Source: Actinomycetota bacterium
GTDB taxonomy: Bacteria > Actinomycetota > Acidimicrobiia > Acidimicrobiales > JAMCPL01
NCBI GenBank assembly: GCA_023379675.1
Contig: JAMCPL010000014.1
Coordinates: 72,185 to 136,184, forward strand
Direction of reading: 5' to 3'
DNA: 64,000 nucleotides
Each line of letters begins with the position of its first letter. Position 1 is the stretch's first letter. Under the pieces are notes generated by a model. That model made no database searches. It was not told where the DNA came from and saw only the letters and a list, made by a program, of their open reading frames with translations. The position numbers and the translations under genes were made by a program. Below are positions 25,473 through 34,467 of this stretch, one piece after another.

Positions 25473-27809
25473 ATGCGCGTGGTAGGAAAGCCCCTGGCAA
25501 AGGTCGATGCTCGAGCCAAGGTCACTGGAAGCACGCTTTACGCTGATGATCTCATCTTCTCTGATACTTTGTTCTGCAAGCTCTTGCGTAGCCCTCACCC
25601 GTACGCACGGATCAAGCACATGGACCTGAACGCCGCCAAGGCAGTTGAAGGCGTGGTGGCGGTCATCACCGGAAACGATCTGCCCGTCAAGTACGGGATA
25701 CTTCCGATCAGTCAGGACGAGCACGCGCTGGAGAGCGAAAAAGTGCGTTACGTAGGTGACCCGGTGGCAGCTGTAGCTGCTTTCGATGAAGAAACGGCAG
25801 CTCTGGCAGCTGAGAAGATCCGTGTCGAATATGAAGTGCTGGATCCGGTCACCAGTATAGAGGAAGCATTGTCCGAGCCGACCGATGAGCCGATACATGA
25901 CTATGGTGGGCCGGCGAATATCCATAAGATGGCGGCGCTCTCCTTTGGCGACCTGGAGGCCGGATTTGCCGAGGCTGATCACATCCGTGAGGACGTGTTC
26001 TTCTACGGGGGAAATACCCACCTCCCCATGGAACAACACTCTGCCATCGCCACCTACGTAAACGGCAAACTCACTTTATGGTCTTCCACCCAGACTCCGC
26101 ACTATGTACATCGAACGATTTCCAAAGTACTGGATCTGCCCATGCAGGCAATACGGGTAGTAGCCACACCTCATGGTGGTGGTTTTGGAGGGAAGACTGA
26201 CCCATTCTCCCACGAGTTGGCCGTATGCAAGCTGGCCATGGTCACCGGTAAGCCGGTCAAGTGCACTTTGACTCGTGAAGAGGTCTTCTACGCTCACAGG
26301 GGGCGCCATCCGGTCCTCATGTGGGTTCGCACGGGAATGAAGAGCAATGGCAGGATCACTGCCATGCACTTCAAGACCGCCCTGGATGGCGGAGCTTACG
26401 GCTCTTACGGGGTAGCCACCATGTTCTATACCGGAGCCCTTCAGACCACCACTTATGACATCCCCGCCTATCGTTTCGAGGGAGCGCGGGTCTTCACCAA
26501 CAAGGCTCCCTGTGGCCCGAAACGCGGGCACGGCACTCCCCAACCTCGTTTCGCCCTCGAGTTGCACCTCGACAAAATGGCCGAGGACCTGGGGCTCGAT
26601 CCGGTGGAAGTACGGCGCCGGAACTACGTGTCACCCAATACCACTACTGTGAACTGGCTCCGTATCACCTCCTGCGGGCTGGAGGAGATCACTGATCAGG
26701 TACTTCAAGCCTCCTCGTACGTGAACCGCCAGAGAGCGGTAGGTCATGGCATGGGCTTCGCCGTCGCCAGCTACCTGTGCGGCGCCGGACTTCCCATCTA
26801 CTGGAACAAACTTCCTCACAGTGAATGTCTTATCAAGCTCGACAGAGGAGGAGTAACCGTCTATTGCGGAGCGACCGACATCGGTCAAGGCTCTGACACG
26901 GTCATTGCCACCCTGGTTGCCGAGGAACTCGGACTCTGGCCATCAGATATTCGCCTGGTGACGGGCGATACTGGATTTGCTCCCGTCGATCTGGGCTCTT
27001 ACTCTTCAAGGGTTACCTTCATGGCAGGCAATGCCGCGCTGGACGCTGCCAGGAAGCTCCGGAATCTGCTCGCGGAGGTGGCCGCGGAGTCAATGGGGTG
27101 TTTGCCTGGGGAGATAGTGACAGGCGATGGCAAGTTTGGCACGCTCAGCTTCGAGGAAACCACCCAGCTGGCTCAGGAACGTTTTGGCGCCATCTCCACC
27201 GTCGGCAGCTACCGTCCCCCAGATCTGGCCGGCCCTTACAAGGGTTCGGGTGTCGGTCCCAGCCCTGCTTACAGCTACTCCGCCGCGGTGGTTGACATCG
27301 ACGTCGATCCTGAAACGGGAATAATCAAGGTGAACAAGGTCTGGCTGGCTCATGACATAGGCCGTTCCATCAACCCTGTTTCAGTAAGAGGGCAGGTGGA
27401 GGGGGGGGTCTACATGGGCTTGGGCGAAGCGCTCATGGAAGAGCAAGCGTATAGGAAAGCCATGCCCAAGCAGCCTTCCATGCTTGACTACAAGTCGCTC
27501 ACCTCTGTCGATATGCCCGAGGTAGAGACCATCCTGGTGGAAACCGATGACCCGGAGGGACCATATGGCGCCAAAGAAGTGGGGCAAGGTCCCCTCTTAC
27601 CAGTGGTTCCGGCGGTGGTCTCGGCGGTACACGACGCCCTGGGTGTATGGATCGATCAAGTACCAGTGACTCCGGACAAAATTATGAAGGCGCTGGATGC
27701 CAAGGCCAAGGGCCAGGCTCCGAGATTTGGCCCCAAGTCATTTCCCGACATCGCCTATCCTCAATACGTGAAGGTGGATACCCCCCATGTTGCGACTCAA
27801 GCCATTTAG
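25473..27809 (+). CDS. molybdopterin-binding large subunit (HcrA/XdhA/CoxL-like)
   Basis: 778 aa. It contains GKPLAKVDARAKVTGSTLYADD, GGGFGGK and GAKEVGQGPL. Confidence 0.85.
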   Translation: MRVVGKPLAKVDARAKVTGSTLYADDLIFSDTLFCKLLRSPHPYARIKHMDLNAAKAVEGVVAVITGNDLPVKYGILPISQDEHALESEKVRYVGDPVAAVAAFDEETAALAAEKIRVEYEVLDPVTSIEEALSEPTDEPIHDYGGPANIHKMAALSFGDLEAGFAEADHIREDVFFYGGNTHLPMEQHSAIATYVNGKLTLWSSTQTPHYVHRTISKVLDLPMQAIRVVATPHGGGFGGKTDPFSHELAVCKLAMVTGKPVKCTLTREEVFYAHRGRHPVLMWVRTGMKSNGRITAMHFKTALDGGAYGSYGVATMFYTGALQTTTYDIPAYRFEGARVFTNKAPCGPKRGHGTPQPRFALELHLDKMAEDLGLDPVEVRRRNYVSPNTTTVNWLRITSCGLEEITDQVLQASSYVNRQRAVGHGMGFAVASYLCGAGLPIYWNKLPHSECLIKLDRGGVTVYCGATDIGQGSDTVIATLVAEELGLWPSDIRLVTGDTGFAPVDLGSYSSRVTFMAGNAALDAARKLRNLLAEVAAESMGCLPGEIVTGDGKFGTLSFEETTQLAQERFGAISTVGSYRPPDLAGPYKGSGVGPSPAYSYSAAVVDIDVDPETGIIKVNKVWLAHDIGRSINPVSVRGQVEGGVYMGLGEALMEEQAYRKAMPKQPSMLDYKSLTSVDMPEVETILVETDDPEGPYGAKEVGQGPLLPVVPAVVSAVHDALGVWIDQVPVTPDKIMKALDAKAKGQAPRFGPKSFPDIAYPQYVKVDTPHVATQAI

Positions 27810-28767
27810 ATATCTACGCCCTGCGGGAGCGGAGGAAGCGGCTGCGATAGTCGCAGAGTTCGATGGCGAAGCGATGCTGGTAGCGGGAGGAACCGACTTG
27901 GTGCCCAAGCTGAAAAGGCGGCAGATGGAACCCTCCATATTGGTGGGAATCAGCCATCTCGAAGAACTGAGATCGCTTCGCTCCACGCCAGAGGGAGGGA
28001 TGGAAATCGGTGCAGCGATCACCCTGGCCGAGGTGACAAGAAACAAGGATCTGGAGATGCATTGGCCCGGATACGTCCAAGCGGCTTCTCTGGTGTCCTC
28101 GCCTCCGTTGAGGAACCTGGGAACCATAGGCGGCAATCTCATGGTGGACACCCGTTGCAACTACTACGACATGACCTACGAGTGGCGGCAGGCAGCAGGG
28201 TTCTGCCTCAAGAAAGACGGCGATGCCTGCCGAGTGGCTCCTGCCAGGCCACACTGCTGGGCAGTATCCTCCTCTGATACCGCTCCGGTAGCCATAGCCC
28301 TCGATGCCACCGCCGTCCTGGCCGGTCCCGAGGGACGCCGGGAGGTCCCAGTCGAATCCTTGTACCAAGACGATGGTATACACTACACAACCAAGCAGCC
28401 TTACGAGGTAGTGACCAGCCTGCACTTCCCTCCTCGAGCCGGGTGGCGGTCCTCTTACGTGAAGCTCCGTCGTCGTGGATCAATAGATTTCCCCATCGGC
28501 GGCGCCGCGGTGGCGCTGGTAATTGAAGGGGGTCGAATTATCGACTCGAGGATTGTCCTCTCCGGAGTCGCCTCACATCCAGTGGTAGCCGTCGAGGCGG
28601 CTTCATACCTGGTAGGCCACAGCCTCGATCCAGAATTGGTGGCAGAGGTTGCTGATCATGCCGCAAAGCCGGTAAAGCCGCTGGACAACGCCGATCTTGC
28701 CTACACCTGGCGAAAGAGAATGGTGAAATGGCTGGTCACCCAGGCCGTTCTCGAGGCGGGCAAATGA
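27787..28767 (+). CDS. FAD-binding medium subunit (HcrB/CoxM-like) with a four-cysteine insertion
   Basis: It contains AGGTDLVPKLK. The insertion is C124-X15-C140-X7-C148-X8-C157 (nt 28156-28257). Confidence 0.8.
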   Translation: MLRLKPFRYLRPAGAEEAAAIVAEFDGEAMLVAGGTDLVPKLKRRQMEPSILVGISHLEELRSLRSTPEGGMEIGAAITLAEVTRNKDLEMHWPGYVQAASLVSSPPLRNLGTIGGNLMVDTRCNYYDMTYEWRQAAGFCLKKDGDACRVAPARPHCWAVSSSDTAPVAIALDATAVLAGPEGRREVPVESLYQDDGIHYTTKQPYEVVTSLHFPPRAGWRSSYVKLRRRGSIDFPIGGAAVALVIEGGRIIDSRIVLSGVASHPVVAVEAASYLVGHSLDPELVAEVADHAAKPVKPLDNADLAYTWRKRMVKWLVTQAVLEAGK

Positions 28768-28814
28768 GCCTCGCGCTCAGCCTTATGTAACGCGCCTGTT
28801 CGCAAGACACTCCA

Positions 28815-29822
28815 CTAGCCCAACAGGCCGAGGGACACTACGGCGTCACGCTCCTCCTGCAACTCTCTCGTTGTCATTGCTATGCGTTCCTGAGCAAACG
28901 CGCTATGAGAGAAACCTTGCACCACCTCGCATCTCCGACCATCCGATCTCATCGGAAATCCGAAGATGAGCCCATCGGGAATGCCGTATTCCCCATGCGA
29001 TACGGCCGACAACGATACGCAGTCTCCTTCCGGAGTCGGATTCGTGATGCTCCTCACGGAGTCGATGATTGCATTCGCCGCCGAAGCAGCCGATGACGAC
29101 CCTCTGGCCTCTATAACCTTGGCCCCTCTCTGCTGGTTGGTGGTGATGAAGTCCCCCTGCAGCCAGGCATCGTCATTGATGACCTGCGGCGCCGGTCGTC
29201 CGGCTACCAGCGCGTTCTCGTAGTCAGGGAACTGCGTAGAGGAGTGGTTACCCCATATGGCGGTTCTGGTCACCTCCGTAATGGAAGCGCCGGCTTTCTT
29301 GGCAAGCTGGCTCTGCGCCCTGTTCTGGTCGAGCCTGGTCATCGAGAACCACCGCTCGTCGGGTATCTCCTTTGCGTGTGACCTTGCGATCAGGCAGTTG
29401 GTATTGCATGGATTGCCAACAACGAAAACCGTCACGTCCGGAGCGGCGTTCGCAGCTATCGCCTCCCCTTGTGGCTTGAATATGCCGCCATTCACGCCGA
29501 GAAGATCCTTTCGCTCCATGCCGGCCTTCCGAGGTATCGATCCCACCAGCAGTGCCCATGAAGTTCCATCAAAGGCAACCTTCAGGTCTGAGGTCAGTTC
29601 CATGCCGGCAAGCAGCGGAAATGCGCAATCATCCAATTCCATGGCTACACCCTCCAGGGCTTTCATGGCGGGTTCTATCTCGAGCATCCGCAAGTTCACT
29701 GGCTGATCAGGACCGAGCAAATCTCCTGCAGCTATGCGGAAAAGCAGGGAGTAGCAGATCTGCCCTGCTGCTCCTGTAACGGTGACATTTACTGGCGTAT
29801 TCGTAGTTGCATCTGGGGTCAT
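28815..29822 (-). CDS. mdh: malate dehydrogenase
   Basis: It contains [23 protein letters not shown] and [10 protein letters not shown]. The start was trimmed to ATG 29822; the track start at 29969 adds an unlikely 49-aa extension. Confidence 0.8.
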   Translation of the reverse strand: MTPDATTNTPVNVTVTGAAGQICYSLLFRIAAGDLLGPDQPVNLRMLEIEPAMKALEGVAMELDDCAFPLLAGMELTSDLKVAFDGTSWALLVGSIPRKAGMERKDLLGVNGGIFKPQGEAIAANAAPDVTVFVVGNPCNTNCLIARSHAKEIPDERWFSMTRLDQNRAQSQLAKKAGASITEVTRTAIWGNHSSTQFPDYENALVAGRPAPQVINDDAWLQGDFITTNQQRGAKVIEARGSSSAASAANAIIDSVRSITNPTPEGDCVSLSAVSHGEYGIPDGLIFGFPMRSDGRRCEVVQGFSHSAFAQERIAMTTRELQEERDAVVSLGLLG

Positions 29823-30025
29823 GATCACATGATACCGCTGGTGTCGAGATGCACGCCAACTCGGGATATGAGAAAGAGAGCAATCCGGATACGAGCCCAA
29901 GGGCGGGCATGGATACCGGCAGAATGAGCGACCGGCAGCATGCAACCACCCAGGGAAGCCATGGGGCAATGCCGGAGGAACGCCACGTTTGGCAAGTGCG
30001 CACCTGCCGGTGTAATGATATTACG

Positions 30026-31000
30026 ATGGACAGGAAAGGGCTGGGTATTCCCAGCGGACCGGTAGTACTTTTTCAGGGTCCGCGTGGCACCTCCGACGAG
30101 CGTGCCGCGCGGCTGTTGCTCACGGTTACGGCGCCTGATGTCCACCCAGTACCCTCCATAGAGACCATTCTCCATACGGTCGACCTGACTCCCGAATGCC
30201 TCGGGTTGCTCCCGGTGGAGAACCCCCTGGAAGGCGAGCTGGCGCCGGTACTGGATCGCATAGCATTCGAGACACAACACGTATACATCAGGGAAACCGT
30301 GGTCCTTGCCGAGCAGCTCGAAGCTTTCAGCCTGACCAAGAATGCACGCCCCCGCGTTGCAGTGTCTCATCCATTCGTGCTTGCTCTCTGTGCGCGATAC
30401 ATCTCGAGGGCAGGTTTGGCCAGCATGACCGCACCCTCCACCACTGAAGCGTGCAAGATGGTAATGACCGGCAACGACGACGGGCTGCTGGCGCTGGCGC
30501 CATCGGAAGTCGGTAGCTCGATAGACCTCCATACATACTCCGACATGGGGACAGACCTCCCTGAGGTAAGGACACGCTACGCGCTCATCGGGAGAGAAGT
30601 TGCCCCCGTAACCGGAAACGATCAGACCCTTGTAGTTGTCACCCCTATAGCGGACCGCCCCGGGTCTCTGGCCGCCATGCTTGACAAACTGTCAAAGCGT
30701 TCCATCAACTTGACATCTTTGCGCAGCAGGCCGATCATCGTGGACGAGAAGAGCATCCACTGCTTCTTCATGGAATTGAGCGGTCATATATCAGAGCCTG
30801 TCATACAGTCCGCGCTGGTGGACATCATGGAGGATGGGGCAAAGATCCGGGTACTCGGTTCATACCCCCAGTGGTCAGGAACACCCGTCGTCTCGCCATT
30901 CAATGAGTTGCCACTCCGCTCCATCGGGATATCCTCGGGAGAGCCTATGCCCCAAGATGCCCTTCTGCCGCCCATAGCGCACGAGCCCGATGACCCGTGA
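30026..31000 (+). CDS. pheA: prephenate dehydratase with a C-terminal ACT domain
   Basis: It contains LFQGPRGTSDE, LPVENPLEGE, TRYALIG and DRPGSLAAMLDKL. The start is uncertain (ATG 30026 chosen). Confidence 0.7.
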   Translation: MDRKGLGIPSGPVVLFQGPRGTSDERAARLLLTVTAPDVHPVPSIETILHTVDLTPECLGLLPVENPLEGELAPVLDRIAFETQHVYIRETVVLAEQLEAFSLTKNARPRVAVSHPFVLALCARYISRAGLASMTAPSTTEACKMVMTGNDDGLLALAPSEVGSSIDLHTYSDMGTDLPEVRTRYALIGREVAPVTGNDQTLVVVTPIADRPGSLAAMLDKLSKRSINLTSLRSRPIIVDEKSIHCFFMELSGHISEPVIQSALVDIMEDGAKIRVLGSYPQWSGTPVVSPFNELPLRSIGISSGEPMPQDALLPPIAHEPDDP

Positions 31001-32169
31001 CGATTGACTCAGAGTACGCACATCTTGGTCAAGACGCATCAGGTGGTACAGAAGATGATGTCTATGGTGTAGGTGGTATGACATCTACGGTGCGCAGAGT
31101 CGGCATTATCGGGTTGGGACTCATCGGTGGTTCCGTAGCGCTAAACCTCTTGGGAAATCTGGACCTGGTTGGGTACGATATCGATACAGAGACCATCAAT
31201 GCTGCTCAGGACTTGGGTATTCCTACGGTGTCGCACATTGATGCACTGGTATCGTTCGCCGATCTTATCATGATATGTACACCCATCGAAGCCTTTCAAT
31301 CTGTAGCCAACCTCGTCGCAGAGTCGTACCAGAAGCATGCATCCGCTGAAGGTCACCATTCGCTGGTGGTGGCTGACACGTGCTCGGTCAAAAGGGCTGT
31401 GCATAGTTGGGCGGGCCGTATGGAGGAGGTGGGCATATACTTTGTAGGCACCCATCCGATGGCAGGGAAGCACAACAGCGGTATACGTGCGGCGGATTCC
31501 ACTCTCTTCACGAATCATTCGTGGGCACTGAGCATTACGGATACGACTGACCTGGCTGCTCTGCTGGCGGTCGCGCAGATCATTACCGGGATGCAAGCTG
31601 AACTGGTACCGGTCGATCCAGCCATGCATGATCGTTCCGTAGCAATCGTGAGCCACCTGCCCCATGTCATTGCTTCCGTAATGGCAACGATGCTCGCAAA
31701 TGACACCTCCTCCGCTCTCGGTTCCTCGCTGGCGGCTGGATCGTTTGAAGATATGATCAGGGTGGCAGGCAGCCCGCCCAGCTTGAGTAGCCAGATGTGC
31801 AACGCCAACCTGGACTTGCTGCTGGATGCATTCCAGCACTTTCAGGCCGGACTCGAACCGGCTCGCGATGCTCTTGCGTCAGCCAACGATGTACCATCAA
31901 TTCTTAACAGCTTTTTCGCTGAAGGCAACAAGGCTTATGCGAGCATACACGCTTCCGGCGATCCTGCTTCGGTATATCCCGGCATGGATATTCACAGCAC
32001 GGTTTTTTCTCTCGATGATCGGCAAACATTGAGCAACTGGTTGCTGGGGCTCGGCCATGGCGGGGGTCGTATAGTCGAGATCAGCTACCCCAGTCCTGCT
32101 GAGGTAGCCATCTCTTTCATGCTGCCGCCCAAGCCCGCAGTGCCGCCCAAGCCCGCTTCCTCCGGCTGA
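30997..32169 (+). CDS. tyrA: prephenate dehydrogenase
   Basis: It contains VGIIGLGLIGGSVALNL and GTHPMAGK. The start is either GTG 30997 (GTGA overlap with pheA) or ATG 31078. Confidence 0.75.
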   Translation: MTIDSEYAHLGQDASGGTEDDVYGVGGMTSTVRRVGIIGLGLIGGSVALNLLGNLDLVGYDIDTETINAAQDLGIPTVSHIDALVSFADLIMICTPIEAFQSVANLVAESYQKHASAEGHHSLVVADTCSVKRAVHSWAGRMEEVGIYFVGTHPMAGKHNSGIRAADSTLFTNHSWALSITDTTDLAALLAVAQIITGMQAELVPVDPAMHDRSVAIVSHLPHVIASVMATMLANDTSSALGSSLAAGSFEDMIRVAGSPPSLSSQMCNANLDLLLDAFQHFQAGLEPARDALASANDVPSILNSFFAEGNKAYASIHASGDPASVYPGMDIHSTVFSLDDRQTLSNWLLGLGHGGGRIVEISYPSPAEVAISFMLPPKPAVPPKPASSG

Positions 32170-32342
32170 TCACACCGACGGTAAGGGCAAGCCACAGGCC
32201 AGTAACCGTGCCACTTGCCCACACCTCCTGCACATCCAACGACCAGCCGGTCGCGCTGCCTGCTTGCTGGTGATTCCACGTAATTTGCGCACGGCACCGG
32301 ACCTGAGCGCCGTTCCTCGGTTGCAATTCCCGGCCACACCGC

Positions 32343-32762
32343 CTACTCGCTTACCAGCCTGCCCTCGAGCAAGCTGAACAGGGATTCCAGCGCCTCTCCT
32401 TCACGATAGTGGCCAGACGACACTAGAGCATCTCCAGCCTCCGCTATAGAAGAACAGGCGTTGAATGCCTCCTGCTTGTCCAGCAGGATCATGCCGGCAA
32501 AGCGCACCCGGGTTGGCTCTTGCCTCATCGTTCCCTGCTCCGCTAGTTCTGGATCCGCTAGTTCTGGATCCGCCCCGATGTACTCGTGCACAATATCAGG
32601 ATGCTCCGGAGCGATATGGCGGCGGGCATGCGGCAGTAAGCCGTGCAACTCGGAAACAGCGATACTGGCAAATGGGACGTGCCGACGATCTTCCGCCGGC
32701 GAAGTTGCCAGATGCACATTGCAGGTATCCGATTGCGTCTCCGCCATACGTGAGGCGGTCAT
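32343..32762 (-). CDS. hypothetical acidic protein, translationally coupled to the ssb paralog
   Basis: ATGA overlap with the ssb stop at 32759-32762. It contains an in-frame perfect 2x15-bp tandem repeat (32541-32570) that encodes ADPELADPEL. Confidence 0.5.
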   Translation of the reverse strand: MTASRMAETQSDTCNVHLATSPAEDRRHVPFASIAVSELHGLLPHARRHIAPEHPDIVHEYIGADPELADPELAEQGTMRQEPTRVRFAGMILLDKQEAFNACSSIAEAGDALVSSGHYREGEALESLFSLLEGRLVSE

Positions 32763-33337
32763 CCCGCCACCTCCTCTATTTCGCACTCTTCAGCAGTAGC
32801 CGTCTGGCCGGTATCCCCTCCTGCTTCTCCTGATCGCGGCCCGATCGAGGACGACGACTTCCTGGTTTTGCGAGCCGATGGTTTTACATGGGTATCGCTA
32901 AGTGCACTTTCAGCGGAACCCTCTCGCTCGTCGCTACCCGCCTCCGTACCTTCGTCACTGTCCTGAGCCGGCTGTTCCAGCCTCTCTGTCCGCATCACCT
33001 CTGCCGTTGCAAACCGCAAGCTGGGACCTATCTCCTCTGCAATCACCTCCACCTTGTACCTACGCTCACCTTCGTCATTCTCCCATGTACGCTGTTCCAT
33101 CCTTCCGGTGACGATAACACGCATGCCTTTTGTCAAGCTCAGCGCTGCATTCTCCGCAAGTTCGCGCCAGCACACTATGTCGAAAAAGGACGTGGATTCC
33201 TCCCATTCGTCAGAGTTGCGTGACCGCCACCGCCTTGTAACCGCCAGACCGAAATTCACCGCCGCCTGTCCGTCACGCGTGTAGCGCACCTCAGGATCGT
33301 TGGTAAGGTTTCCTGTCAATGTAGTGCTATTTGTCAT
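32759..33337 (-). CDS. ssb: single-stranded DNA-binding protein paralog (non-canonical C-terminal tail)
   Basis: The OB-fold N-terminus is LTGNLTNDPEVRYTRDGQAAVNFGLAV...FFDIVCWRELAEN. The tail ends ...EECEIEEVAG rather than an acidic ...PF tip. Confidence 0.8.
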   Translation of the reverse strand: MTNSTTLTGNLTNDPEVRYTRDGQAAVNFGLAVTRRWRSRNSDEWEESTSFFDIVCWRELAENAALSLTKGMRVIVTGRMEQRTWENDEGERRYKVEVIAEEIGPSLRFATAEVMRTERLEQPAQDSDEGTEAGSDEREGSAESALSDTHVKPSARKTRKSSSSIGPRSGEAGGDTGQTATAEECEIEEVAG

Positions 33338-33614
33338 TGTAATGCTCCTTTGCTATCAAGCTATATTGTTGGTTGTCGTGTGTTTCTGGTGATTCTGCAA
33401 GCTACTTGCTCGTTGAAAACTGAACGCCGCAAGATGCACAGTGCCACCAGTTGCCGCCCGTGCCACTCCCCACCGGTTTTCACCCGCTGGATATCCGTGT
33501 TGCAAGCTGCACTGGTATTATCCGGCATCGACCTAGCTGAAAAGATTGTCAACAACCTTGCTGGATACTTCGCACCAGACAGTTGTGTGGTCTGTTATCT
33601 GCTGTAGTTACTTG

Positions 33615-34244
33615 TCACCCGTAACGCTCGAATCCACGCGCCAACCCCAGTACTTCACTGACATATCGTGACGAGTGATTATATGAATAGACAGCCAGCG
33701 CCGGCAATCCTGCCACAAACCCGTCCGTGCAAAGTAAACGGGCCGCCGCATACATAGCATCGACTGGATTGTAGGGACTCTGATTGGACATTCCGCCCAC
33801 GCCGATCCCGCCTGGAGCAGACCGGGTAGGCAGCTGGAAAGGCGTTAAAGATGTATCTGACGGAACCGGGTGGTCGTAGTAAGTGAACGTGGCCGGCAAA
33901 AATTGCATAGGCCCCTCTGCTCCAGCGCTGTTGTGCCCATGGTGCACGCCGGACAACTCTGAACTGCCGAACGACGACTCTACGTCTCCAATTGCCAGCA
34001 ACACCGGCGCCAGCGCCGGTGACGTACCAACCGGCACATGGCAAGTCAGTGCAGCAGCACGTGCCAAGGCAACCCATGACTGTGGAGGCTTCCCGGCTGA
34101 GGGGGGTGCAGGAGCGTAACCCCCGAAAGCGGCAAGCAGGACGGCCACTGGAAGAGCGAATGTTACACACACAACAGCACCAGCCACTATCGCAACTCGC
34201 ATAGCAAGCCCTCCATCCTGGGTCTTGCCAGCATAACCTTTCAT
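33615..34244 (-). CDS. lytic transglycosylase (SLT-domain) with an N-terminal membrane anchor
   Basis: It contains GDVESSFG (catalytic Glu context), GPMQFLPATF and YSYNHS. The start could instead be ATG 34202. Confidence 0.65.
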   Translation of the reverse strand: MKGYAGKTQDGGLAMRVAIVAGAVVCVTFALPVAVLLAAFGGYAPAPPSAGKPPQSWVALARAAALTCHVPVGTSPALAPVLLAIGDVESSFGSSELSGVHHGHNSAGAEGPMQFLPATFTYYDHPVPSDTSLTPFQLPTRSAPGGIGVGGMSNQSPYNPVDAMYAAARLLCTDGFVAGLPALAVYSYNHSSRYVSEVLGLARGFERYG

Positions 34245-34467
34245 CGTGGATCGCGGCTCTCTCCATGATCAGCCTGCTGGACAGCAGGAGCCCAAGCCAG
34301 CAACTGGCTGCCGGTGGAATTGCCTGCGACATTGCGCACCAAGGACATACGCCGGACAGCAGGCATGCCGGAGGGTATATCCCTGGACTGCATATTACGC
34401 GATGGCAGTATTGCCGTATACCGCACCAGCACGACCAATCCCTCAGTACCTTGGCCACATACACGCA

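Noticed and set aside
22835-26039. Long minus-strand ORFs 22835-23590 (251 aa) and 24942-26039 (365 aa)
   Set aside because: Both are antisense to the ferredoxin/LeuC-like and LeuD-like/Hcr-like genes, which are tightly coupled by start/stop overlaps. Neither has recognisable domains.
31141-34464. Minus-strand ORFs 31141-31839 (antisense to tyrA) and 33679-34464 (alternative frame over the SLT gene)
   Set aside because: They have no motifs and Cys/Arg-rich composition. The competing frames carry clear TyrA and SLT signatures.
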